NCBI RefSeq assembly: GCF_009914755.1
Contig: NC_060930.1
DNA from: the human T2T-CHM13v2.0 reference genome, Homo sapiens
Strand: one strand, 5' to 3'
DNA: 64,000 bases
Part shown: one piece after another, positions 27,067 through 42,700 of the stretch
Layout of the letters: every line of letters begins with the position of its first letter
Position numbering within the stretch: the first letter of the stretch is position 1
Translations under genes and position numbers: made by a program
Notes under the pieces: model-generated
What the model was told of the DNA's origin: nothing
What the model saw: the letters and a program-made list of their open reading frames with translations, nothing else
The model's database searches: none

Positions 27067-27454
27067 TGATGTGGTTAGGCTTTAGGTCCCCACCCAAACC
27101 TCATCTTGAATTATAATCCCCATATTCCCCGTAATCCCCACGTGTCAAGGGAGAGACCAGGTGGAGATGATTGAACCACGGGGATGGTTTCTCCCATGCT
27201 GTTCTCATGATCGTGAGTGAGTTCTCACGCCATCTGATGGTTTCACAAGGAACTTGTGTCCCTTTGCTAGGCACTTCTCCTTCCTGCCGCCTTGTGAAGA
27301 AGGTGCCTTGCTTCCCCGTCACCTTCCACCATGATTGTAAGTTTCCTGAGGCCTCCCCAGCCATGCTGAACTGTGAGCCAATTAAACATCTTTCCTTTTT
27401 AAATTACCCAGTCTTGGGCAGTTGTTTATAGCAGTATGAAAATGGAATAATACA
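27067..27454 (+). mobile_element. THE1D-like MaLR solo LTR
   Basis: tgatgtggttaggcttt...cacgtgtcaagggagagaccaggtgg...taataca; TSD ctggg/ctagg. Confidence 0.9.
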
Positions 27455-28889
27455 CTAGGCTAAGATCATTTAAAGCATTAAAGGATTTCAGAATTGGAAG
27501 GGGCTTTTGGGAACATCAGCCTCCAGGCTTTGGGTGAAGTTCAGGAGTTTGCCCAAGGTCATGGATAAGGGTAAAAGAGGAGGGCCTGGATCCAGCTCCC
27601 ATGACCATTGCATTTCTTTAAGCCACTCCAAATCCATGGACTAATAATTTGCAGAGTGCTCACCAAATAAAAGGCAATAGGGCCTACATTCACTAAGATC
27701 TGCATTTCATGCTTCTATTCACCCCCATTTTCTGAGCCTAGAGTTCTCCTCTGCAGGCAGGAGGGACTGGGCAGGTGGTCTGCCCACTCACTGAGCTCCA
27801 ACATGCACCATTTTGGTGATTCTGGATACAGTGCATGGATGAATTCCCTAGATTCCTTCCATAAACTTTTTGCTGCAACCAGACTAGTTATTTCTCTTTC
27901 AAACAACCCATGACATTTACTGCCTCTGTGACTTTGCAAAAACCTTTTTTTAAAACATTTTTTTGCCTCATCTTAATTTATTTAATTATGCTCCCTCTGG
28001 AATATAAGTGCCAAGGGAACAGAGACCTGTCTGTCTTTCTCACTACCATAGTCCTTCGCTTATAGGTGTGCCTGGTACATAGTAATACTCAATAAATGTT
28101 TGCTAAAAGAAAATAGAAATTATTATAGGTGCTGCTTAGTTCCCGTCTTCTGAAGGCCTATTAAACCACAACTAGGGATCTTTGATTCTTAAGTATAGGT
28201 TCAATCAATCTCATCTTGGGCCTTTTGCTCAATTCTGGCCCAGAGAAAAGAGATGTCAAGGCTCTTGCCAGGAAAGATATGACTTGGAATCAAGTCAATT
28301 TTGCTGCTACTTGGTCTCTGTCTTTGGACCTTACCACTGGACTTTGGTTTTCCTCTTTCCAGAGTACATCTGACTCTGATGACAAATTCAGCACCCTTTC
28401 CTGCCAGTGGCAGGTTGGTGTACCTTGTTTAACTTAATGTTAAAAAGGTCATGCCATGACTTCTGGATATTAGTTCTTTTTGTGACTAACCTTCCTTCTG
28501 GGAGCTGCCACTGACCCACCCCACAGTGCCTGCTGTACTCTGGGGGTTGGTTACCCCAGTGTATATTATACCCCAGTGTATATTAAAATATTTGTCTGCC
28601 AGGTCTGTTATCCAGAGTTCTCTCCATAAACTCTGGTGTCCTGGAGGATGTTGCCTGCTCAACTTGTTGGTGTTCCTTTCCTGGTGCTGTGTTTCTTTAG
28701 TCATCCTTGCTAACTGGAGTTGAAGTGGCAAAGCCAGCCACCGTCCTGGATAGCTTCTGCAGCATTTCATCATAAATTCCAGTTAGCAGAGTCCATTGGC
28801 TACAGTGATCTTTCTCTCTGAGCTTTTGTATGGGTCTCTTTCCCAATCATCTTAATGTTCAGAGAAGGGTGGTGGTTTCCTCATCTACA

Positions 28890-29070
28890 ACGTGGTTAAG
28901 AGCTAGTGTTCCAGTGTCAGACTGCCTGAACACCAGGTGTGTGAACTAGGCAAGTTACTTACCTCCAAGCCTCAATTTTTTCACTTGCAAAATAGAAGAG
29001 GAACACAGGCCATAACAGTATGTTGTCTCATATGATAATGTTGAGGACTGAATGAGGAGTAAACGTAGCC
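28890..29070 (+). mobile_element. MIR
   Basis: gtggttaagagc...gtcagactgcctg...ggcaagttacttacctc. Confidence 0.7.
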
Positions 29071-29194
29071 AGTAAATTGTGTGTGAGATCCAGATTTAGT
29101 GGACTCTCCTGCCTGCTTCAACTCTCCAAACTGTTCCAGCCTATGAGCTCCCATATGCTTTCACTCCTCATCACTCATCCTGGATTCAAAGGTA

Positions 29195-29533
29195 TAGTTA
29201 TGCACCACATAATGAGATTTCCATCAATGATGGACCTCTCATGTGATGGTGTTCTTATAAAATTATAATACTGTATTTTTACATATTTTTTCTATGTTTA
29301 GATACACAAATACTTACTATTATGTTACAATTGCCTGCAGTATTCAGTACACACAGTCACATGCTGTGCAGGTTTGTAGCCTGCAAGCAATAGACTACCC
29401 CACAAAGCCTAGGTGTGGAACAGGCTATACCATCTAGGTTTGTGTAAGTACACCATGATGTTCTCACAAGGATGAAATTGCCTAATGAAGCGTTTCTCAA
29501 TACGTATTCCTATCATTCAGTGACACGTGAATG
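29195..29533 (+). mobile_element. Tigger3a (MER7A)-like TcMar-Tigger MITE
   Basis: Degenerate TIRs flanked by TA; internal tatgttacaattgcctgcagtattcagtac...ggtttgtgtaagtacac. Confidence 0.88.
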
Positions 29534-30384
29534 TACTACATTGCAACGGCACTTTCAATTTTTAGATCCAAGTCTTGTATCCCCAACTATCTTGTCAGTT
29601 CCTTCAGGTAAAAATATGTGTCTGGTGCCATCTTGTATCATTCAGTCCAAGCCCAGAGCCCTGCATATACTATACAAACAACAAACACTTTTTTTTGTTG
29701 GTATAAATAATGATATCATTTATTCTAAAAATCAGACAGCATGACTCCACAAACCTTGATGAGGTCGCTCATCCTGAAGTACATTTGCTTTGTTGATAGT
29801 GTATTGGCAAGGACAAATGCCAAGGCAGACAGAGACACTTATTAACCATCCTGGGGATTATGTGGGTGGCAGCTGTCCTGGGACAATGTTCCTTGTTAAT
29901 GATATTCTTAGACTCACTCACAGCAGTGGTGAGATAAAACAGTGATCATGCTGAAAACCTGCTTTCTGATGAGCTTAGGAAAAAAGATGATATCTGGGAC
30001 TTAGCCAGTTGGAGACTAAGAGATTCGCTCCATGGTATTTTATAATTCTGCTTTACTTGTAATGGCAGGCTCTATTCCTCACTGGATAGTTTTGTATTTA
30101 CCCATTTGATTGATGATTTTCCTGAAACTATATACTTTTGACTTTGCCTACTATCGACCATGATAGAATGAAAGCTGCCACAAGGATCATCACTAAGTTC
30201 AACCTTCTTGGATAAAGGAATTTAGTACAATTAACTTGACACATGAGAATAGTTTTTAAAAAAAGAGAATATTTGGGTTCTGAGTTTAAAAGCAACTGGC
30301 ATTTGTGCTCTGGCAATATAACATATCTGCAATGAAAGAATTATAGGAGAGGAGAGAATCAAACAATTGGAGTTATTATGGTAT

Positions 30385-30818
30385 GGTGTTAGTCTGTTTT
30401 GAGTTGCTATAAAGGAATACTTGACACTGGGTAATTTATAAAGAAAGAAGATTGTTTTGGCTCATGATTTTGATGGCTGGAGAGATCCTGACTGGGCATC
30501 TGTATCTGGTGAGGGCCTCAGGCTGCTTCCACTCATGACAGAAGGCAAAGAAGAACAGGTGTGTGCAGAGATCACATGATGAGAGAGGAAGAAAGAGAGT
30601 GGGGAAGGAGGTGCCTGGCTCTTTTTTTAAACAAATGTTTTCCCCAAGAACTAAACGAGTGAGAACTCACTCACTCAAGAGAGGGGGCATTGATCTTTTC
30701 ATGAAGGATCTGCCCCTATAACACAAATACCTCCCATTAGGTCCCACCTCCAACACTGGGGATAAATTTCATCAGGAAATTTGGTGAGGGGTAAGCAAAC
30801 CGTATCCAAATGATACCA
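30385..30818 (-). mobile_element. MaLR solo LTR (MSTB-like)
   Basis: gttagtctgtttt...ctataaaggaatac...cccattaggtcccacctccaacactgggg; TSD ggtat/gggat. Confidence 0.88.
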
Positions 30819-32189
30819 GGGATATGTCAGGATTAAGACTGGAGGCTGCAGGTAGATGTTGTGAAGACTTGGAGAAAGGGAAACTGGATTCCAGTTCTTC
30901 AGTTTCCTAAAATGCAAAGGTGGTATTATAATAGTCCCATAGTCTCTTTCTATGAACGGGGGGAGAAAAATCTATTTCCCCGTCAGGTCACCCTCAGAGA
31001 GTTGTTGTAAAAATCACGTGTAATAAGGTTTGCTAAAGATCCTTATAAGCATAAAAGCACTGAATAAGTGTAAGGTGAACAAGATGGTTTTGTTGACTAC
31101 AGTCCCCTGGACCTGTTGGTGTTCCCAGTGCTTGACACAGTGACCTGGACAGAACAGGCAATGGGGTGCAGGGTGCATGGTTCTGGTGGCTGCCATTATT
31201 TAACTAGAGATCAGCTGATCTGAAGGAGGGCAGGACATCCTTACGCGGTAAGCGGTACTTTCCCTTTAGACTGGATTTGCAAATTCTGATATAGGGACAT
31301 AGAGGCTTTTGTTTCCGATCTTAGGAAAAGGGTCTGGAGGAAACATGATCTCATATCTCAGGGTCTCTCCCTTTCTCTCTAAGAGAAGAAATCTTTAGAC
31401 ACATCGAGAAACAGATGATTGTTTTTTTATGGGTCAGTCTTATTTTGAAAGGAAAGGATTGAGAAGAATGGACTTAAAATTACAAAAGGGATATTGTTTG
31501 GCAAAGAGGAGAGAAAGTGATTTTTCCAGAGGAAAGAAAAATGTGACAGTGAGAGAGCTGAAGGGTTTTATGTCTGCTTGAGAGTTGGCGGTAACCCAGT
31601 CCATTACCAGCAGAGGCCTGGGTAGACTTCTGGATATTTTTAAGAAAAAGAGAGGTAATTACCTTTCTAAGGTGACTTAAGGGCATTTCTTTTCAAGGTC
31701 TCTTCAATTTCTTTGTTGAGTCTATAAACTTTGTGAGGGAAAATAGAAATGTATACCCACTTCAAGAATAATGTGGCAAGCTATCTTTTATAGTGAATTC
31801 TTGCCATTTAAGACTTTGTATTTTTTAGTACAGAGACCTCTAAGAAAGGAGGAAAAATAATGAAATTTGAAAGCAAGATGTCATGAAAGCACACATTAGT
31901 GACTAATTTGTTAAGCATGTAATACAGTTTCCCATTAGGTTGACTGTCTTAAGTGTTAACTCCCAGAAAAGCAGCGCCCACATGCTGTCTCTAAAGGGAA
32001 CAGGAAAGATGAAAAACTGAAAGCCGAAGATAGATGATTTTGAAAAGTGATCCATTGTCCAAATTCCCAGAGGCTTAGAAAAAAAGTGACCAACATCAGA
32101 TTGCCCACTTTTCTTCAAAAGAATAACAAAGTAGTAAAAGAACAGAAATAATATGTAACAGCAACTGACCCAAACATGAAAATTGCCTC

Positions 32190-32410
32190 AAGGGACTATA
32201 GGTAATAAAATTGTACTGTATTTGAGATTCCTGCTAAATGAGTGGATTTTAGCTACTCTTGCCACAAAAACAAAGAAAAAGAAATGAGTAACTATGTGAG
32301 GCGATGGATATATTAATTTGCTTCACTATAATAACTTTTTAACTATATACATGCATCCCATAACATCATGATGTGTATCTTAAATATATAATTTATTTTT
32401 TAAAAAACAA
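32190..32410 (+). mobile_element. L1MA (MA4-MA6-like) 3' end
   Basis: ttcctgctaaatgagtggattttagctactcttgccac...aactatgtgaggcgatggata. Confidence 0.8.
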
Positions 32411-34560
32411 AACAATAACAATCCCTCCCCCTCCCCAAAAAAGCCTAAGGGAGTCTCCAAAGAAGCTACCTTAGGGAGAGATTCCTATAAAAATGTTTTT
32501 AGAAAAATTCATCTTTTTAACAGTGTTAATAACATTAAGGCTTTAAGAAGTACTTTCTGTCTATTAAATTCTGGGGGAAAACATTTATCCAGAGGCAAGA
32601 AACAGCTCATGCTAGATGATCCATTAATCCCTGAACTAGGCCTATAAATGAAATGGTTTATAGAGAAAAGAATTAAAGAATTTACAATCTTTGTCAAAAC
32701 CTCAAAATAACTCCCGTTATTTCTCTGTTTCAAATAAAGATTTATAGGCAGATCCAAAGAGCAATGATTTTTAAATTAAAAAGCTTTATGAGCTTTTCAA
32801 GAGAGGAATAAAGCTAGAGGGTCAGGCTCTTTCTCTGAGGGGGAAGAAATGGATAGTGTGGGAAGGACTGTAAAAGCAAAGCAGGAGAGAAGAAAAGCCT
32901 TTTGAGGCATGCCCACGAAAATGCATTTACAGAGTACAGTAAAACTACTTAATCCCCAATTTTTATTACTGAGAGAATGGCTCCCTAAGCAAATTAATAG
33001 TAGAAAGATTTCAGGTAGGATCTAGAACTCAATTATGAGAATAAGTCATGCTTGTCATTAGTATAATTTACAAACCAAAAATGTCTCATTTGATGCTTAT
33101 GTGTTTACAATAGAAGGGCTGCGAACAAGTCAACTTGACAATGCTTTGCTAAACCACTGGTTGCGGTTAAATGTTTATAACAATTATCACAGATGTTTCC
33201 AGCATGAGGGATGTTAGAGAAAATCTAAATCGATTCAGCCCCTCAATGTATACGTGAGAAAAGTGGTCCCTCAAGGACTGGGTGTTCGGTGAAAGGTCAC
33301 AGCTAGTTGGTGAAAAACTGGGTCTAGAATCATGCTTTAAAATTTCCTGTCCAGATTTCTTTTTTCTACTGTAATCCTTTACTTAAAACAGTAATAGAAT
33401 CATAAATTAATTCAGGTTGGAAAGAGGCCTTACAACTCATCTAAGTTTGGAAGTAACCTTTTTGTTGAAGTACAACATGCATACTGAAAAGTGCACAAGT
33501 CATAAGCGTATCACTTGATGAATTCTCTCAAATTGAACACATCCACATATCAAGAAAGAGAATGTTACCAAAATTCCAAAAGATCGCTTGTGCCCCCTTC
33601 CAGTCACTGCCCGTTCCATGCCCCAGGATCAGATATTTTTATGCCCAGTTCAGGAATGAATAAACAGAGGTCCATGCTGGATAAATGATTTTTAAAAGTA
33701 AATTATTAGTGAGAACACAAAACATGGTCTTGTGAAGCACACTTTACTATTTTTCCACTACTTAAATTAATCTATTAAATTAGCTAATTAACTACTTGGA
33801 ATTACTTAAATTCCATCTAATTCAACAATATGAAGCCCAGCGCAATGTAAAACAGCAGTGAGTCCCCAAAATGTTTTGTAGAATGAATTAATGAAATTAT
33901 TCCTGCCAAGCGGTTGTCTCACTTGTTATATATTTATGCTTCAAATATTTATGCATTGATTGGATGCAATATCTTTCTTGTTCTTTATTAGATATTAATA
34001 ATAAGTCATAAATTTTCCTGCTGTTCCATACCTGATCTCTCTGTTCTTTGTATGTTTTTCTTGTTCTCATTACATCATGTTGTTGATTCCAGACTGTCTA
34101 TGAGTGGTTGTGAGTGAGGCACGATGAAGCTGTATGCAGGGGTGGTGTTTCCCTTTGCAGGAATTTTTTTTTCTAAGGGGATTAGATGTGAGCCACCTAC
34201 CCACTGGGTGACCACCACTATTCGTATTTGAAGAACTTTTCTCTGGGGTTAATTTATTTTGCTAGAAAATAACCCTTCAAATGCCTGGGGGAACACGGAG
34301 ACTACAAGTATTTTGGAAGCAGTGTGGGAGGAGTTGTGGGGCCCAGTTATCATGCAGACTAAATCTTGTTTTTATTTCCATACCTCATTCCCATTCTCCT
34401 TTAAGGATGACTAAAAGTCAAAGTCGTTTTTCTGTCATCACCACCCAATGGTATACAATGGTATACACCACGCAATTCTATACAATGCTACTGATAACAT
34501 ATTGTTCTCCCATCAAACCTTGTTAGTCTGTTTTTCAACACTGTTGTGGTTACTGCTAAT

Positions 34561-35790
34561 TTTTTTACTTTATTATAACAGAAAAGTCACCTAGTTAAAG
34601 TGTATATTTGATGAATGTTGGTAATTATACACAGTTTGATGAATTCTGGTAATTGGATTCAAGACATAAAACAGTTCCTTCACCCTAAAAAGTTTTCTTG
34701 TGCCTCTTTGCAGTTGATCTTCTGCCCCAACTTCTAGACCCAGGCAACAACCAATCTGCTTTCTCTCACTATGCTTTTACCTTTTCTAGAATTTCATGTA
34801 ATGAAATCAAATGGTGTGTAGTTTTTTTGTGTTTGTTTTCTTTCCCTTAACATAATGCTTTTGAGATCCACCCAGGTTGTTGTGTATACTGAGTTCCTTG
34901 TTATTACTGAGTAATATTCCTTCATCTGGATATATCACAATTTACCTGTTTACATGTTGGTGAACATTTGGCTTGTTTTCAGATTGTGACAGTAGTGGAT
35001 AATGCTTCATGTGCAAGTTTTCATGTGGACACAGTGTTTCTCCTGGATAAATGCCTAAAAGTAGGATTGGTGGATATGTTTATATGACACTGCCATAGTA
35101 ACTTCCAAAGTGGCTGCACCATTTTGCATTCCTATCAGCAATGTATGAGTGTCATCATTGCACCACATCATCGTGAACGCTTGACATTGTCAGTATTTTA
35201 ATTTTTATCCATGCTAGTGGGTATGTAATGTTATCATATTTTGATTTTTATTTCATTTCCTTGATGACTTGTGATGTTAGGAGTCTTTTCATGTGCGTAT
35301 TCTCCATTTGTTTATCTTCTTTTGTGAAGTTTTCATTCAAATCTTTTATTGTCTTCTCATTAATAGGTTGTTTGTCTTCTTCTTGAGTTCTAAGAGTTCG
35401 TTTCATATTTTGGACACATGCCCTTTGTCAAATATGTATTTTGCAAATATTTTCTCCTAATTTATGACTTGCTTTTTTGCTTCCCTCACCCATCTCTAAA
35501 AATAAAAAGTTTTCAATTTTGATGAAACCTATTTTGTCAGTTTCTTTTCTCTTAGAGATCTTATTTATTGTGTCTTTAAGAAAGATTTGCCTGACCCAGA
35601 TCACAAAGATTTTCTTCCATGGTTTTTTAGAAGTTTTATGATTTTAATTTTTAAGTTTATGCCTATAATCAATTTCAAGTTAATTTTTATTTATAAATGT
35701 GATACATGGATCAAAGTTAATTTTTAAGTAAAAATATCCAGTTGTTCTAGCACAATTTAGAGACGATATTTTCTTTGTTGAATTTCCTTG
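34561..35790 (-). mobile_element. L1MC/MD-type 3' region
   Basis: ggcaacaaccaatctgctttc, ttgagatccacccaggttgttg, ttccaaagtggctgcaccattttgcattcc. Confidence 0.85.
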
Positions 35791-37199
35791 GTTGGATAAA
35801 GAACTTGGCATATTTTAGCAGCAGAAAGGAGGTCAATGTGGCCTGAATCCAGAGAGACAGGAGGGAGTGTTGTATAATGATGTTAGAGAGAAAGATAGGG
35901 GCCAAATCTGGTAAGGTCTTATGGGCCTTGATAAGAAATTTGAATTTTATTCTGAGAGCAATATAATTGCTTCAAGGGTTTTAAGCAGGGCCACTGCATA
36001 TGATTTACAGTTTAAAAAGATGATTCTTCATCTGTATGCACCAATCCAGTTAAACCTACACTGATGAAGGTCACTATTGACCATGCAATATTAAGCTGAG
36101 TTTGATGGAATTTTATTGTTTATTCAGTGGAGCAAAATTTGACCCATAGCTCAGCAATTCTTAAGTTGCCAACTGCACATTTACCTCCTTTCCCCCTTCT
36201 TGTAAGAGACTGTATAAAGCTAGAGCTAATGCACTTTTTTGGATGCTGCTTCTGCCAGAAATCTTTGCCAGGGATATTAGAAATGCTACCTGGTGCTTTA
36301 TGTCCTTTGGCTTCTCTTCCATTGCCAAGGTAAACACTATGCTAATGCCAATAGGAAAAAGCTTAAGAAGATTTTACAGTTATTAGAGATTGCATACCCC
36401 TTGGTAATTATTACCAGCTTAATTTGAACTATATGAAATTAGCAAAACATGAGAAATCTAGAATAGCATTTTTATACTAAAGAGAAATACCACACATTGT
36501 GATCATCCATTGAACATGAAAATTAATTAAATTAGACTAAGTAAGAAGATAGATTTTGAGACAAAATACTATTTTTCTGTGTTAGGTTAGGTTATAAGAG
36601 AAATTGTAGAAATCTCTAACAATAGAATGAATTTGGTTTTACTAATTTTACTGAAGGTCAGTTAACAGATTAAGTTTTGTCTAAATTACCTTCCCAGCTT
36701 AATTCCAAAAGGCTCTTTGTGTAAATATATATTTGCACTTAAGCTGCAGAGTTTTTACTAGATGCTTTAACTTTCAGACTACTAAATATATTGAAGTTAA
36801 GAGATGAAGAAATTAAAGTTACATCGTGTAGTTAAAATGTTATTTTTTAAATTTCACTGAATGAATTCTGTTTGATCAATGTCAAATGTTTGACTGATGC
36901 ATCTCCAGATAAGTTTCAAAATTTGCATCATAACTGTAATTCATCTACCATTGGGACAATAATGGCTAGGAGGATAGACAGCTTATTAAGTAAAATGTTG
37001 GTACTAGTTTTAATAATCTTGGCATTCCTTCTTTTTACTTTCTTGATATTACCTCCACATTAATCCAGATTTCACTTTAAAGGTTATTTTTATGCTTTTA
37101 AATATATAATTTAGATTTAGTCTTTGAACATTTTAACATTGATTGAAATAGCCTTGCTAGAATGGAGGTGGTAAATTTTTTATTTAGAGATGTAGAGAA

Positions 37200-38815
37200 A
37201 TATCTACTTCTGTTGGACTAGACATTGTAAACATTCTTCCACCAAAAGCATCTAGAAATTATGAGAGGAATATCTTCAAAACAAAAGGAAAAATGAAACT
37301 GAGTGATAAGCTAGCACTAAAGCCCTGACTTCCCTGGAGGTGTCTGACAATACCAGAAACAGAGGCCAGGCTTTTGACAGCCTCATAAAGGAATAGGAGA
37401 TAAGCTCTTTTATCTAGTAAGATGGGCAAAGACCTAAAACTCATGCATAAGACTAGTATACTTATGGGGCTAGGCTTGTGGTGATAAGTCGAACTAGAAG
37501 AAAACCAAAAGCAAACTTTTAAAATCATAGTCCTTGGCTTCAGGTGGGGAAAGTATCCCTTGAGAATTCAGAATTACAAGCTTATTGGAACGTAAGTTCA
37601 GGATTTGAACTTAAAACACCTGCAGAGTTCCAGCAAGGATATACTGACAATTTAATTTATATGCTTCCAGGTGGGTAGCACAGCAGGTTGGTAGAGCACC
37701 TACCAGAGAAAACTCATATCCGTGGGGAGAAAAGCATTCTTATGTTTTCTTCAAATTAAGTTCAGCAAAATAAAAGCTCACACATACAAGGAAACAGATC
37801 ACAGTGAGCAGAGTCAACAAAAACAATAAACCATGAATTAGAGGAACCACACAGGACCTGAAATGTTGATATTATCTATGAATATTATAAAATAAATGTG
37901 CTTAGTATGTTCCTCTAGATTAAAAAAATATATTTTAAACATGACAAAAGACTAAGAGTACATTTTTAAATTACATAGGCTTGGAAGAGAACTACATAGA
38001 GTTTACAGAAATAAAAATATATTTATTTAAATTAAAGATCAGGAGTGGGTTAAAATCATATCAAACACAACAGAAGAGAAATTAATAAACTATACCTGAA
38101 GAATTATGCAGAATTTAACATAGAGAGATTAAGAAAATATAAAGGACAGGTTAAGAGATAGGGAAAACACAATGAAAAGGTCTGCCATAAATGTAATTGG
38201 AGTTCCAGAATAAAAAAATAGAAGAAGGAAAGAAAATATTTTTAAAATATCAGATGATAATTTTTCACAACTGAGGAAAGACAAAGATTCTTAGATTTAG
38301 GAAACACAAAAATCCTAAACAGAATAAATAAAAACCAACCTTAACTCAGTCACATTGTAATTAAAGTGAAAATCACAGCGACAAGAGAAGATTAAAAGCA
38401 TCTGGTTAAAACAGACAATGTACTTTCAAAGGAATGCAACTTAGAGTGATGTCACAGCAGCAAAAATGATAACCCGGAAAACATCTTTAGTGTGCTGGGA
38501 GAAAATAAAAGTTAATCTAAAACTGTAAACCTAGTTAAACTATCTCTCAAGAATGAAAATACAGATTTTCAGGCAAACACAAATTGGGGGAGTTAATCTC
38601 TCACTGACTTCACTAAAGGAATTTCAAAAGGATATAGTACTTAAGGCAAAAGTAGAACAATCCAAGACAGAAGGTTTAAAATTCAAGAAAAAAATCCTAT
38701 GTGAAAAAATGGGTAAATATGAGGGTAAATATAAATCAATTATAAAAAAGTAATATTTATTACGTGGTAAAATGTGGAAAAATTATTGTATAATGATAAC
38801 TTTTAAAATGGAAGA
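37200..38815 (+). mobile_element. Old L1ME-type 5'/ORF1 fragment
   Basis: A-rich ORF1-like motifs, e.g. aattggagttccagaa, aaacctagttaaactatctctcaagaatgaa. Confidence 0.6.
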
Positions 38816-38817
38816 GT

Positions 38818-39595
38818 AGTTATGGGTTGAATTGTGACCCTCTCCAAAAATTGGAGTCCTAACCCCTGTTGTACCTCAGAATGACACTTTATTTGGAGAT
38901 AGAGTCTTTACTGAGGTAATCAATTTAAAATGAAGATCGTTAGGGTGGATCCTAATTTAATATCACGGATGCTCTTACAAAATAGGGGGAATTGTTTTTT
39001 GTTGTTGTTGTTTCGAGTCAGGGTCTCCCTATGTCCCCCACCTGGAGTACAGTGGTGCGATCTCTGCTCACTGCAACCTCCACTTCCCTGGCTCAAGTGA
39101 TTCTCTCACCTCAGCCTCCTGAGTAGCTGGGACTACAGGTGTGAGCCACCATCCCTGGCTATTTTTTGCATTTTTTTGTAGGGGTTCTCCGTATGTTGCC
39201 CAGGCTGGTCTTGAACTCCAGGCCTCAAACGATTTGCCCTCCTCGGCCTCCCAAAGTGATATAGGGATTACAGGTGTGAGCCACCATACCCAGCCAAATG
39301 GGGGGAATTTGGACCCAAGGAGAAGATACACACATGTAGGGAGGACATCATGTGACAATGAAGGCAGAGACACAGGCGATGATTCTACAAGCCAAAGAAT
39401 GCCAAAGACTGCCAGCAATCCAGAAGCTAGGGAGAGGCCTGGATCAGATACTTTCTTACAACTCTCAGAATGAACCAACCCTGCTGACCTTGGTTTTGGA
39501 CTCCTAACCTTCAGAACTGTGAATCAACCTATTTCTATTGTTTAGGCCACCCTGCTTATATTACTTTGTTATGGCAGCCCTAGCAAGCTAATAGA
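38818..39595 (+). mobile_element. MLT1B/C-like MaLR LTR interrupted by an AluJ
   Basis: gttatgggttgaattgtg...acctcagaatg..ttatttggagatag...ttgttatggcagccctagcaagctaata. Confidence 0.88.
38994..39295 (-). mobile_element. AluJ
   Basis: Reverse Alu with J features; TSD aaatagggggaatt/aaatggggggaatt. Confidence 0.92.
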
Positions 39596-39779
39596 GGATT
39601 GTTCATGGTTAAACTTTTAATATCTTTCTATTATTTACAAAGATAAGACTATATGTTTTGGGTAAACCAAATATGTTAAAATTTTCTGGGAAGTCAGTTA
39701 AAAAATGGAAATAAAACATATATATTCCACCAAAGTAGAGAATAAATGAAATAAAAAGATGAACCCCCATCAGAAATAT

Positions 39780-40290
39780 GGCAGATTACACCTCTGGGGC
39801 AGGAAAAGTACAGGATAATCCAGGAACATCTTCATACCAGAAAGTAAGGAAGCTCTCAGAAACTCTACTCAGGGGCTCATAAAGTCATTTGATTAAGCTG
39901 CTGCTCTGGCCAAAGATGGGAAATGTCATGCCTCAATAAGGATAACAACTGCAATGCATTAAAACATATCAGATAAATATAAATCCAGAAGTTTGATTTG
40001 ATACTAATTATTTATGATTTATAGAAATAAATAAACTCATTGGCTACAGCCTTTGCAGGGTCTAGAAACTATCTCAATATTTTGAAAATAAATTTAAAAA
40101 GAAAGAAGAATAAGTTCTTTATTTCCTAAAAGTGTTCCTGAGGCTTCAGACTATGAAAATAATTATTGTGAGAGTTTCTCTTTGTATACCTATTCCAGGA
40201 AATAAATGTACAAGAAGTTGTCCAAATTGACCTATCATCACTTTTAAAAACTCCTGATGAATGCCTGGGTCTAGGTAATGATCACCAATG
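39780..40290 (+). mobile_element. L1MC3/4-type 3' fragment
   Basis: ggggcaggaaaagtacagg...ccagaaagtaaggaag...ctggccaaagatggga. Confidence 0.65.
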
Positions 40291-40559
40291 GCCCAGCTTC
40301 AGCAATTACCAATATATGACCAATTATTCTTTATCTAGATCTTTACTTATTTCCTCCTAAACAATCCCATCTCTACCACCACCAGGTCACAGATTATTTT
40401 GAAATGGTCTTCTTTTAGGACAACCTCAATGCCATCATTACATTTTTAAAAATTAAAAGTGAATCTTCAATAAAAGATATTCAATAAATGTTCCCATTTC
40501 CCTGACAACTTAATTCCTTTAACTTAAAAAAAATTCAAATAAGGGTTCTATTTCACAGT

Positions 40560-40730
40560 TACATTTCAAAATGGCTAAAGGAGAAGAATTTGAATGTTCC
40601 TAGCATAAAGAAAAGATAAATATTTAAGGTGACAGATATCCCAATTGCCCTGATTTGATTATATGAATATGTCAAATTATGACATGTAAGCAGAAAATTG
40701 TATAACTGTTATGTATAAATAAAAAAAACA
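40560..40730 (+). mobile_element. L1MA 3' end
   Basis: catttcaaaatggctaa...ttgaatgttcctagcataaagaaaagataaatatttaaggtga. Confidence 0.8.
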
Positions 40731-40829
40731 AAAATAGATAAAAGAATAGTCAAAGGGGCCCCATGTAATTCAAGCCCAATTATTTTATTTTTTAAAAGAC
40801 TCAATCAATCATAAATAGTCTGAAAAGAT

Positions 40830-42700
<1,871 letters not shown>

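Noticed and set aside
36068-36083. aggtca-ctat-tgacca as an estrogen response element
   Set aside because: The spacer is 4 nt rather than 3, and there is no other support.
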